Shown: positions 8,757 to 18,019 of the stretch, one piece after another | Layout: every line of letters begins with the position of its first letter | Numbering within the stretch: the stretch's first letter is position 1 | NCBI GenBank assembly: GCA_018645005.1 | Contig: JABGPJ010000099.1 | Coordinates: 33-64,032 of the forward strand | DNA: 64,000 bases | Reading direction: 5' to 3' | Origin: Deltaproteobacteria bacterium | GTDB lineage: Bacteria; SAR324; XYD2-FULL-50-16 | Translations under genes and position numbers: made by a program | The notes under the pieces: model-generated | The model's input: the letters and a program-made list of their open reading frames with translations, nothing else | Told to the model about the DNA's origin: nothing | Database searches by the model: none

Positions 8757-10004
8757 ATGAAATTAAAAATTGTTAAAGGAACCCGTGACCTATATGGTGA
8801 TGATGTTAAGCGGTTTCAGTATATTGAGGAAAAAGCCCGGCAGGTGTTTTCTGTGTACGGGTATCAGGAGATACGCACCCCTATTTTTGAAAAAACCGAG
8901 CTATTTGCCCATGGTGTCGGTGAAGGTACTGACATCGTTGGCAAAGAAATGTTTCTGCTTGAAGACCGGAGAGGCAGGAGCATGGCACTACGCCCCGAAG
9001 GAACGGCGCAGGTTGTGCGGAGCGTAATTACCAACAATATGATGCGTCAGAACAACCATTTAAGGTTTTACTATTTTGGTCCGATGTTTCGTTATGAGCA
9101 GCCTCAAAAAGGTCGATTCCGCCAGTTTTACCAGATCGGAGCAGAATATTTCGGTGTTTCTACACCTGACGCTGATCTGGAATTGATTTTGATCCTGCGT
9201 CAGTTTTTCAAAGAGATTCAGCTTCACGAGATTTCATTTCAGCTGAATACCATTGGATGCCAGAAGTCAGATTGCAGACCGGCTTATAAAAACAAGCTGA
9301 TCGAATTTCTGCAAGACCATGTGGATTCGTTGTGTGAAAATTGTTCTAACCGCATGCACGATAATCCACTACGGGTTTTAGATTGCAAAAATGAGTCATG
9401 TATTGCTGTCACCAGTGAAGCACCGAAAATTCACGACACAGTTTGCAGTGACTGCAAGGATCATTTCAGTGAATTGTGTCACATGCTGGACGACCACCAG
9501 GTCAGCTATTCTGTTAATTTCAGGCTGGTGCGCGGACTGGATTACTATTCAAAAACGGTTTTCGAAGTGTTTTCAGACAATTTGGGGGCGCAGAACGCTG
9601 CGGGTGGCGGTGGAAGATACGACGGGCTCTTTGAAATTTACGGCGCAAAAGTTGTTCCAGCCATTGGATTTGCTCTGGGTCTCGATCGGTTGGCGTTGTT
9701 GACGTCACCCGAAAAAAAAGAGCAAAAATCAGTTTTTGTGGTGGGTACAGATCGTGGGGCTGTCTGCAAACTGGTTGCGACCTGCCGAGAAGAAGACATC
9801 ATCTGTCAATACGACCCGTTTCAGTCATCAATGAAAAGTCAATTTCGGCAGGCCAATAAATCAGGTGCCTGGAAGGTGCTAATTCTTGGAGAGGAGGAAT
9901 TGAAAGCGAAGCAGGTGTCTGTTAAGGATATGCAGGATGGACAGCAGACAGTGGTTGAACTTTCCGCAGTCGTCGGGTATCTGAAGAAATCTGTAGCGAA
10001 TTGA
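8757..10004 (+). CDS. hisS: Histidine--tRNA ligase
   Basis: 415 aa. 'VKGTRDLYGDD', 'YQEIRTPIFE', 'LRPEGTA', 'FRYEQPQKGRFRQFYQIG' and 'GGGRYDGL' are class II HisRS motifs. Confidence 0.95.
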   Translation: MKLKIVKGTRDLYGDDVKRFQYIEEKARQVFSVYGYQEIRTPIFEKTELFAHGVGEGTDIVGKEMFLLEDRRGRSMALRPEGTAQVVRSVITNNMMRQNNHLRFYYFGPMFRYEQPQKGRFRQFYQIGAEYFGVSTPDADLELILILRQFFKEIQLHEISFQLNTIGCQKSDCRPAYKNKLIEFLQDHVDSLCENCSNRMHDNPLRVLDCKNESCIAVTSEAPKIHDTVCSDCKDHFSELCHMLDDHQVSYSVNFRLVRGLDYYSKTVFEVFSDNLGAQNAAGGGGRYDGLFEIYGAKVVPAIGFALGLDRLALLTSPEKKEQKSVFVVGTDRGAVCKLVATCREEDIICQYDPFQSSMKSQFRQANKSGAWKVLILGEEELKAKQVSVKDMQDGQQTVVELSAVVGYLKKSVAN

Positions 10005-10016
10005 ACCGTTCTTTCC

Positions 10017-10046
10017 TTGACGGCGGTAATTTGTTTAACCTATCAT
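10017..10046 (+). promoter_or_regulatory. Candidate sigma70-type promoter upstream of hemA (TTGACG-N18-TATCAT)
   Basis: Hexamers read from the sequence at 10017..10022 and 10041..10046, about 90 nt upstream of the hemA start. Pattern match only. Confidence 0.3.
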
Positions 10047-10134
10047 AATGGAAGACATTAATATATTACAGCTTCTGTTCGCTTGAAACCCTCAAATCAG
10101 CAATCAAGAGGTCATTTTTTCGCTATAATCAACT

Positions 10135-11457
10135 ATGATGAACCTTGGATTATTGACAGTCAGCTATAAAACAACCGCGATTGAAAATCGTGAGAAACTT
10201 GCGATTCCTGATAAAGAGGTCAAGGACCTGATTGCTTACATCAAGCGTCAATGCCGTCTGGATGAAGTCATGCTTTTGTCCACCTGTAATCGGGTGGAGA
10301 TATATATTTACGCTAAGAACCCGATACAAGTGATGGGTGAAGTGGAAACGGTTTTTCTGGATTATTTGCAACTCATTGATAAGCAGGAATTCGAGTTTAA
10401 AAAGCTGTCCGGACAAGATGCCATACGACATATTTTTCGGGTTACGGCAAGTCTGGAGGCTATGATTATTGGAGAACCCCAGATCACCGGCCAGGTGAAG
10501 AATTTTTTCCATCTCTCTACAGAGGGTGGTGGTTGCGGTTTCTTCCTCAATCAGGTCATGAACCGTGCCTTCATCACTGCAAAAAGAGTTCGTAACGAAA
10601 CTGAAATTGCAAAATTTGCTGTTTCTATCAGTTTTGCGGCTGTTGAACTGGCCAAAAAAATATTTTATGAAATGCGAGAGAAGGTCATTTTAATCGTCGG
10701 TGCGGGTGAAATGGCTGAGTTGGCCGTGACGCACCTGATGAAAGCGGGCTGTTCCCATCTCCTGGTAACAAACCGCACCTTTTCCAGAGCCATATCCCTG
10801 GCTGAGCAATTCGACGGCTCAGCCGTGCGCTTCGAATACATGGCCAATCATCTTGAAACAGCCGATATCATCATTTCATCTACAGGTGCCAAAGAATACA
10901 TCATTGAGCAAGAGATGATTCAAAAGTGTATGAAAAAAAGAAAGCGCCGTCCTATGTTTTTAATTGATATTGCAGTTCCCCGGGATATTGATCCGCTGAT
11001 CAACGAGATTGGCAACGCCTATGTTTATGATATCGATGATCTACAATCGGTTGTGGACGCCAATATGAAGATCAGAGAGGCGGAAGCAGAAAAGGCCCAG
11101 GTCATTATCGAAGAGGAGATTTTGAAAATCGAAGATTGGCTGGTCACCCTCGACGTTGTACCGACCATAAAGAACTTCAGGGAAAAAGTTCTGGCTCTGG
11201 CAAACAGTGAACTGCATAAGGGGATGAATCAGCTGGGTGATATATCAAACAAGCAGGAACGGGCAGTGCGAAGCATGATCAACGGCTTTGCCTACAAGTT
11301 ACTTCATGAACCAACGGTGATGTTGAAACAAAAGGCCAAGGAAGGAAATGCCGGATTTGAGTATCTGCAAACCATCAATGATCTGTTTGGCTTGAAGCCG
11401 CAAATTGAGGATACTGTTCCAAAAAAGGTAATTAATTTCAATGACAAAAAAAATTAG
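10135..11457 (+). CDS. hemA: Glutamyl-tRNA reductase
   Basis: 440 aa. 'LLSTCNRVEIY' (catalytic Cys motif), 'GEPQITGQVK' and NADPH-binding 'IVGAGEMAEL'. Confidence 0.95.
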   Translation: MMNLGLLTVSYKTTAIENREKLAIPDKEVKDLIAYIKRQCRLDEVMLLSTCNRVEIYIYAKNPIQVMGEVETVFLDYLQLIDKQEFEFKKLSGQDAIRHIFRVTASLEAMIIGEPQITGQVKNFFHLSTEGGGCGFFLNQVMNRAFITAKRVRNETEIAKFAVSISFAAVELAKKIFYEMREKVILIVGAGEMAELAVTHLMKAGCSHLLVTNRTFSRAISLAEQFDGSAVRFEYMANHLETADIIISSTGAKEYIIEQEMIQKCMKKRKRRPMFLIDIAVPRDIDPLINEIGNAYVYDIDDLQSVVDANMKIREAEAEKAQVIIEEEILKIEDWLVTLDVVPTIKNFREKVLALANSELHKGMNQLGDISNKQERAVRSMINGFAYKLLHEPTVMLKQKAKEGNAGFEYLQTINDLFGLKPQIEDTVPKKVINFNDKKN

Positions 11458-12373
11458 AATTGCGACCCGCTCAAGTAAATTAGCTCTCTGGCAGGCTAAT
11501 TGGATCAGGAAGAGACTGGAAGGTATCCACCAGGACCTGTCGGTGGAACTCATCCATCTGAAAACCAAAGGCGACAAAATCCTGGATGTGCCATTAGCGA
11601 AGATTGGTGGAAAGGGGCTTTTCGTCAAAGAGCTCGAAACAGCCCTGCTGGAAAACAGAGCGGATATTGCCGTTCATTCTTTGAAAGACGTGCCAACTGA
11701 ATTTCCTGAGGGATTGGAAATCTCAGTCTTCACTAAAAGAGAAGTTCCTGGGGATGCGTTTGTCTCCAATAAATTTGACCGAATTGAATCACTGCCCGAA
11801 AACGCAGTCGTCGGTACCAGTTCTCTGCGACGGATTGCACAACTAAAAAAAGTCAGACCGGATATTCAATTCAAGTCTTTGCGCGGAAATGTGGAAACCC
11901 GTTTGCGGAAACTGGACAACGGGGAGTTCGATGCAATTATTCTGGCAGCGGCCGGTTTGATACGCCTTGGGCTTGATAACCGCCTTACCAGATTGCTGCA
12001 TCATGACATTTCCTTGCCGGCAATCGGCCAGGGTGTTGTCTGCATTGAATCCAGGATTGGTGATGAGAGCATTCTTAAGCGCATCAGCCCCCTGGGAGAT
12101 GTGGAAACCGCAATGAATGTCTCTGCTGAGCGCGGACTGTTGAAGCGATTGAATGGCGGATGTCAGGTTCCGATTGCCGGGCATGCGGTTACTGAAGGTA
12201 ACCAAATACATTTGACAGGTGTTTTAGCCAGTCCCGATGGTGATCGGTTTCTTAAAATGACGGAAACCGGATCCCTAACGGATAGCGTCAATATTGGCAT
12301 CCGGCTGGGAACCCGACTACTTGAAGCTGGTGGTCGAGAGATTCTGGCCTTGGTGGGAATTAAAGCAGATTAA
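11441..12373 (+). CDS. hemC: Hydroxymethylbilane synthase (porphobilinogen deaminase)
   Basis: 310 aa. 'IRIATRSSKLALWQA', 'SLRGNVETRLRKL' and 'GGCQVPIAGH'. Overlaps the hemA stop by 17 nt. Confidence 0.95.
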   Translation: MTKKIRIATRSSKLALWQANWIRKRLEGIHQDLSVELIHLKTKGDKILDVPLAKIGGKGLFVKELETALLENRADIAVHSLKDVPTEFPEGLEISVFTKREVPGDAFVSNKFDRIESLPENAVVGTSSLRRIAQLKKVRPDIQFKSLRGNVETRLRKLDNGEFDAIILAAAGLIRLGLDNRLTRLLHHDISLPAIGQGVVCIESRIGDESILKRISPLGDVETAMNVSAERGLLKRLNGGCQVPIAGHAVTEGNQIHLTGVLASPDGDRFLKMTETGSLTDSVNIGIRLGTRLLEAGGREILALVGIKAD

Positions 12374-12587
12374 AATAAATCTACACAATAGCTATCTGGC
12401 AAAGCTTTCCTCTATCATCATCTCCTGCAGCCATTTTTAAAAAAGAGGCAGCAAACGCAATTATCCTTTGCAGATAACCTTATTTGTGGGACTGGTTGTC
12501 TGGTGTAGGAGTTGGGGGGTAGGTTGATTTCAAACCAGAAGTCCAGACAGGGTTTCAACAAAATAGAAGTGGAATTCGATTCAAAAA

Positions 12588-13376
12588 ATGATGCAACAGT
12601 TACAAGGAAAAAGGATTCTGATCACAAGAGATATTTCACAAGCTGAAGGATTGAAGGAAAAACTGGTCTTATTGGGTGCTGAAATTCTTTGTGTGGCGAC
12701 TATCGCGATATCCGATCCGCCGGAATGGGAATCTTTTGATCAGGCTGCTGAAAGGGCCCCGGATTTTGATTGGGTTGTTTTTTCCAGTACCAATGCGGTC
12801 AGGCGAACATCTATGCGACTGTCTCAATTAAATCTGGATACTGAGCGACTCAATGCCCTGAAAAAAGCAGCAGTTGGAAATCAGACAGCCGCAGCGGCCA
12901 GCGAAGCAGGATGGAAAATCGACTTGATCCCGGATCAGTATCAGGCGGAAGGTCTGCTCGATGCTCTTGTTAAATCCGGGGTCAGCGGTAAGAAGATCTG
13001 GATGCCTAGAGCTCTCCAGGCGAGAAGTTTTTTGATAGATGAGCTGGAAAAAGTCGGTGCAGTGATCACTGACACGCCGGTTTATCAGAACACCATCCCT
13101 TATGAAAACAGGGACCGCCTGCAAAACGCCCTTCTCAATGAAAGGATTGACTGGATAACCTTTACCAGTTCATCAACAGTAACCAATTTTATCAAGATAC
13201 TGGGAGATCTGCGCTTGCAGATTCAGCTTCCAAAACTCGCTTCCGTCGGCAGAATAACCTCAAAAACCATGAAGCAACATGGTTTGGTACCCAGTATCAC
13301 TGCAGAACGACAGAACCTCGATGGCTTATGCCAGGGAATTGTGGAGTGGGAGACAACGGCTCCAAAATCAGATTAA
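12588..13376 (+). CDS. hemD: Uroporphyrinogen-III synthase
   Basis: 262 aa. 'GKRILITR...AEGLKEKLVLLGAEI' and 'VVFSSTNAV', 'ITFTSSSTV' half-domain repeats typical of HemD; position after hemA-hemC. Confidence 0.8.
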   Translation: MMQQLQGKRILITRDISQAEGLKEKLVLLGAEILCVATIAISDPPEWESFDQAAERAPDFDWVVFSSTNAVRRTSMRLSQLNLDTERLNALKKAAVGNQTAAAASEAGWKIDLIPDQYQAEGLLDALVKSGVSGKKIWMPRALQARSFLIDELEKVGAVITDTPVYQNTIPYENRDRLQNALLNERIDWITFTSSSTVTNFIKILGDLRLQIQLPKLASVGRITSKTMKQHGLVPSITAERQNLDGLCQGIVEWETTAPKSD

Positions 13377-13394
13377 CAGGCGAGCAAATCACTT

Positions 13395-16073
13395 ATGAAC
13401 TCTAAAGATAGTGTCAAACAGACACCTATGATGCAGCAGTTTTATCGGATAAAGCAGGCGCATCCCGATAAAATTCTGTTCTATCGTATGGGTGATTTCT
13501 ATGAAATGTTTGGCGATGATGCTGTAAAAGCAGCAGGGGTTCTGCAAATTCAATTGACCAGTCGGAACAAAAATAAGGAAGATGCCGTCCCTCTTTGCGG
13601 TATTCCGGTTCATGCATATGATCAATATTTGAACAAACTGACCCGGGCTGGATTCAAGGTTGCAGTGTGCGAACAGACAGAGGATCCGGCGCAGGCAAAA
13701 GGGTTGGTCAAAAGGGAAGTCGTCCGCATTGTGACTCCTGGGACGGTTGTTGCTCCTGATTTGCTTGATGCAAACGAAAACAGTTTTTTGTGCGCTATTT
13801 GGGGGAAAAATAAAAAAAACCGGATTGGGATTGCTTTTTGCGACCTGTCCACAGGGGAATTCGAAATTGATGAATTGGAAATCAGGGCCGGATACAGCGG
13901 TTTGATGGAACTATTGTACCAGTACCAACCGAAAGAGATACTCTTGCCTGAAAGTGGTAGTGAAGCTGAAACAGCCTTCTATTCCGGAATTATTCAACAA
14001 ATCTATCAGATTATGGGTTCTGGATCCAAAGAACCCCATATTGAGTATCTTAACCCCTTCTTTTTTGACTATCGCAGTAACCTCCGTCTGCTCCAGGAAC
14101 ATTTCTCTGTTGGATCATTGGCAGGATTTGGAATTGAAGGGTTTCCAGTGGCGTTGTGCTCTGCAGGTGCTGTTTTGAACTATCTGAAAGAGACTCAGAA
14201 AGACACGCTGACGCATATCGTACAGATAAAAAGAATTCAGAATGAAGAGTGGATGCTGCTTGACGAGTCCACAGTTCGAAATCTCGAACTTCTGGAAACT
14301 TCCGATGGCGCACAGCAGAAGTATACACTTCTGTATTTGCTGGATCATTGTAAAACAGCGATGGGAAGTCGCAAACTGAGACGTTGGATGCTGTCACCTC
14401 TCCGTGATATCGTTCGGATCGAGCAGCGTCAGGACCAGGTCAGTTCGTTTCTGAAGCAGAATTCTCTGGCTGAACAGCTGCGGGACGTGTTGTCCCAAAT
14501 CGGCGACCTGGAGCGTCTGATTGCTCGCATAGCTATGCCCATGACGCATATCAATGATCTCTTGAAATTAAGAGAGAGCCTCTCGCCCCTTGCCCGCTTC
14601 AAATCGATTCTACAAGGATCAAGTAACAATAGAGTGGCCGAAATTGGGGACAGCTTCGACTCATTGACTGATTTGTGGCAACTCCTGGAGGAACATATTC
14701 TGCCTGAACCGTCTCGCAAAATGAAAGAGGGCGGTTTCATTATGCCGGGTGTTGATTCGAGGCTGGATGAGTTGAAAAGCCTGATGAAAAACGGGAAGCA
14801 GTTACTTGCTAATATGGAAGCAGAAGAGAGATCGAAAACCGGGATTTCATCTCTCAAAATCAGGTTTAACAAGGTGTTCGGTTACTTTATCGAAATATCA
14901 AACGCATCGAAACATCTGGCGCCGGAACACTATATTCGTAGACAAACCCTGGTTAATAATGAAAGGTTTGTGACCGAGTCTTTAAATGAGCTTGAAGAGA
15001 GTATATTGACTGCTGAAGATGAGGCTATCCAGCTCGAAATCGATATTCTCGACACCGTCAAAAAAGAACTTCAACGCGAAATTCCGAGAATTCAGGCGGC
15101 ATCACAAACAGTTGCCGAGATAGATGTACTGAGTACATTTGCTTACAATACAGGGCTTTACAACTATGTCAGACCTGTGCTCACTGCCAATCCCAACCGT
15201 CGGGAGATTGATATCAAGGAGGGACGTCATCCCGTCATCGAATCACTGAATTTTGATGAGCCCTTCATTCCCAACGATGTGTTGCTGGACTCAGATGATC
15301 AATATGTGATGGTGATTACAGGGCCGAATATGGGGGGTAAGTCCACTTATATGAGGCAGACCGCTCTGATTGCCTTGATGGCTCAGATGGGCTCTTACGT
15401 TCCGGCAAGGTCAGCCGCATTACCTGTCTTCGACCGGATATTCACCCGTGTCGGAGCATCGGACAACCTCACGCGTGGTCAGAGTACTTTCATGGTAGAG
15501 ATGAGTGAGGCCGCGTCAATCCTGAACAATGCGACTCAACAAAGCTTGATTATTTTAGATGAAATCGGACGGGGAACCAGTACCTTTGATGGGATCAGTA
15601 TTGCATGGGCTATTATTGAGCATATTCATCGTCTTGGCGCTTTAACACTTTTTGCCACACACTACCACGAACTGATTCTATTGGAAGATCAACTTGAAGG
15701 TGTCAGGAACGCCAAGGTTGCGGTAGATGAAGACGGAAAGAAACTCGTTTTTCTTCGTAAAGTCATCTCAGGCCAAACGGATAAGAGCTATGGGATTCAA
15801 GTCGCACGCCTGGCGGGGCTGCCAGACAACGTTGTTAATCGGGCAGAAGCAGTAGTAAGTGATCTGAAGCAGGCTGAAAGAAAACTGATAGAAAAGGATG
15901 GCGTGCCACAGGCGATATTGTCTGACCATTTGACCGTCTCCGATAACATCCAACTGAGTTTTTTTCCGGATGAACGTCATTGGGTAAAAGAGTTAAGGGA
16001 ATTTGATATCAACAGTCATTCTCCTCTGGAAGCAATCTCTTTTCTGGATCAATTGAAAAAGAAAATGGGTTAG
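13395..16073 (+). CDS. mutS: DNA mismatch repair protein MutS
   Basis: 892 aa. 'TPMMQQFYRIKQAHPDKILFYRMGDFYEMF', Walker A 'TGPNMGGKSTYMRQ', 'ILDEIGRGTSTFDG' and 'FATHYHEL'. Confidence 0.97.
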   Translation: MNSKDSVKQTPMMQQFYRIKQAHPDKILFYRMGDFYEMFGDDAVKAAGVLQIQLTSRNKNKEDAVPLCGIPVHAYDQYLNKLTRAGFKVAVCEQTEDPAQAKGLVKREVVRIVTPGTVVAPDLLDANENSFLCAIWGKNKKNRIGIAFCDLSTGEFEIDELEIRAGYSGLMELLYQYQPKEILLPESGSEAETAFYSGIIQQIYQIMGSGSKEPHIEYLNPFFFDYRSNLRLLQEHFSVGSLAGFGIEGFPVALCSAGAVLNYLKETQKDTLTHIVQIKRIQNEEWMLLDESTVRNLELLETSDGAQQKYTLLYLLDHCKTAMGSRKLRRWMLSPLRDIVRIEQRQDQVSSFLKQNSLAEQLRDVLSQIGDLERLIARIAMPMTHINDLLKLRESLSPLARFKSILQGSSNNRVAEIGDSFDSLTDLWQLLEEHILPEPSRKMKEGGFIMPGVDSRLDELKSLMKNGKQLLANMEAEERSKTGISSLKIRFNKVFGYFIEISNASKHLAPEHYIRRQTLVNNERFVTESLNELEESILTAEDEAIQLEIDILDTVKKELQREIPRIQAASQTVAEIDVLSTFAYNTGLYNYVRPVLTANPNRREIDIKEGRHPVIESLNFDEPFIPNDVLLDSDDQYVMVITGPNMGGKSTYMRQTALIALMAQMGSYVPARSAALPVFDRIFTRVGASDNLTRGQSTFMVEMSEAASILNNATQQSLIILDEIGRGTSTFDGISIAWAIIEHIHRLGALTLFATHYHELILLEDQLEGVRNAKVAVDEDGKKLVFLRKVISGQTDKSYGIQVARLAGLPDNVVNRAEAVVSDLKQAERKLIEKDGVPQAILSDHLTVSDNIQLSFFPDERHWVKELREFDINSHSPLEAISFLDQLKKKMG

Positions 16074-16105
16074 CTCCTGTTGGGAGAGCAACCTTAATCA
16101 AAAGT

Positions 16106-17887
16106 TTGAGCGAAGCTGAGATGAATATGTCTTTTTGCAGATGGCAGGGGATAACAATAGTTATTGCAGTTATGGCAATGATGATCAGTTTCTCTCAACG
16201 ATTAGAGGCTGTCGATCATGCGGAATCTCTGTACAATAAGGGCGCTAACAACTACCATCGGCTATATGATGATCCGGTTTTCGCCAGTCAGTCAGATAAC
16301 TGGCTGCGAACCATCAAACAATTCCAGATCGTTCAGCGTACGTATCCTACACATTATCGAGCTCCAGCGTCTCTGTATAACACTGGCCGACTTTACCGCT
16401 CACTCTTCCAGATTAAAAAACGGCGCATATTTTTGGATCGCAGCAGTCTTACCTTTCGCAAGCTTATAGACGATTATCCCAAATCAAATTTGGCGGATGA
16501 CGCACAGTTCTTGCTCGCTGAAAACTATGGGCGCTTTGAAAAGAACAAGCATCTGGCGGTTTTGGAATACAAGAATTTATTGAAATGGTTCCCGAAGAGT
16601 GATTTTAAGACAGACGCGCAGAAGAGAATTCAACTGCTGCAACCACCTCATAAGGATTTACGGATTTACGCTGTAGAAGAAAAAGTGTCAGTCCCCGTTG
16701 AGATGACAACTGTTCGTTATGGGGGTCTCAATCAAGCAGATAATGATCCGGAAAGACCACCGGTCAAGGTAATGAAAATTGATTACTGGACAACGGTCGA
16801 TTGGTCCCGGGTGGTAGTTAATGCTCGATCGGACGTACGCTATAAATATCATGTTTTAGAGGAGAGCGTCACACATCCACAGAAGCGCCTGGTCTTGGAT
16901 ATTTCTCATGCGTACTTGCCAGCTGGTATGCAGAAAAAAATTGCTGCTAACGACGGCTTGATTACGGAGGCCCGCATCGGTCAATTCGATAAGCAGACTG
17001 TTCGTGTCGTTTTGGATATGGTCAGCCTGGATAAAATCAAGGTTTTTCATTTTAAACTACCTCTGCAATATAAAATTGTTATCGATATTCAGGGACAACA
17101 TGATCTGACTGAATTTAAGTCGACGACAAAGCCGGGGCGAAAGATTGGGAGTCGCGCCCAGGATTCAGTTGAATCTGAAGCTAAAGGTTCTGAACCTGTT
17201 TCGCTCTCCAGGGTTTTCGGATTAAAAGTCAAGCGGGTGATCCTAGACCCGGGACACGGAGGCAAAGATCCTGGTGCTTCAGCATTTGGGCTGCACGAGA
17301 AGGATGTCACCCTTGGAATTGCGTTTTGGTTAAAAAAAATAATCGAAAAAAACCATCCCCGGATTAAGGTGCTGATGACGCGAACAAGAGATCAGTATGT
17401 CAAGCTTGAAGCTCGGACAGCCTTTGCAAATAAAAACAAAGGGGATCTTTTTATCAGCATCCATGTCAATGCCAGTCCAAGACCCCGGATTCGTGGTGTT
17501 GAGACGTATTACCTTAACCTGACTTCCGACAATGAGGCACTGGCGCTGGCGGCAAAAGAAAACCAGACCAGCCTGAAAAGTATCAGCGATTTGCAAAATA
17601 TTCTCAATGATCTGCTGACCAATTCAAAGATTCAAGAATCAAGCGACCTGGCAAACAATGTTCAGAAGTCTATTGTTGAAATGACGACCCAAAGCACTTA
17701 TAAATTGAGGGATCTGGGCGTCAAAAAAGCCCCTTTTATTGTTCTCTTAGGTGCTCAAATGCCCAGTATTCTGGTTGAAACCGGATTTTTGAGCAACAGA
17801 GCGGAAAATGATGCGTTAAGAAGGGATAAATACCGCCAGACTCTCGCACGGGGAATATATAAAGGCATTAAGATACAGATTAACTAG
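16106..17887 (+). CDS. N-acetylmuramoyl-L-alanine amidase (Amidase_3) with AMIN-like domain and N-terminal BamD/CpoB-like TPR region
   Basis: C-terminus: 'ILDPGHGGKDPGA', 'EKDVTLGIA', 'LFISIHVNAS', 'GVETYYL'. Middle: beta-rich 'RVVVNARSDVRYKYHVL...VRVVLDM...KIVIDI' (AMIN-like). N-terminus: 'TYPTHYRAPASLYNTGRLY ... DDYPKSNLADDAQFLLAENY ... WFPKSDFKTDAQKRI' helical repeats. The start is ambiguous (TTG 16106, or ATG 16121/16127). Confidence 0.88.
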   Translation: MSEAEMNMSFCRWQGITIVIAVMAMMISFSQRLEAVDHAESLYNKGANNYHRLYDDPVFASQSDNWLRTIKQFQIVQRTYPTHYRAPASLYNTGRLYRSLFQIKKRRIFLDRSSLTFRKLIDDYPKSNLADDAQFLLAENYGRFEKNKHLAVLEYKNLLKWFPKSDFKTDAQKRIQLLQPPHKDLRIYAVEEKVSVPVEMTTVRYGGLNQADNDPERPPVKVMKIDYWTTVDWSRVVVNARSDVRYKYHVLEESVTHPQKRLVLDISHAYLPAGMQKKIAANDGLITEARIGQFDKQTVRVVLDMVSLDKIKVFHFKLPLQYKIVIDIQGQHDLTEFKSTTKPGRKIGSRAQDSVESEAKGSEPVSLSRVFGLKVKRVILDPGHGGKDPGASAFGLHEKDVTLGIAFWLKKIIEKNHPRIKVLMTRTRDQYVKLEARTAFANKNKGDLFISIHVNASPRPRIRGVETYYLNLTSDNEALALAAKENQTSLKSISDLQNILNDLLTNSKIQESSDLANNVQKSIVEMTTQSTYKLRDLGVKKAPFIVLLGAQMPSILVETGFLSNRAENDALRRDKYRQTLARGIYKGIKIQIN

Positions 17888-18019
17888 TTCTGCTCAATTC
17901 CCTCGTTTTAGATTTTAAATGGCGAGACGACTTTTTCACTACTTTCATGTTGCCATTGGTGGGCCGTGGCTGTTCTGGTACTGACCACAACAATCACTTC
18001 CGGAACCGGGTTCTTCGGA

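Noticed and set aside
9255-9485. Cysteine-rich insertion in HisRS ('CQKSDC...CENC...CKNESC...CSDC') as a possible novel zinc-binding feature
   Set aside because: From memory, paired-Cys versions of the HisRS insertion domain occur in many bacterial lineages. It is probably a known lineage variant, not a novelty. This could be confirmed by alignment.
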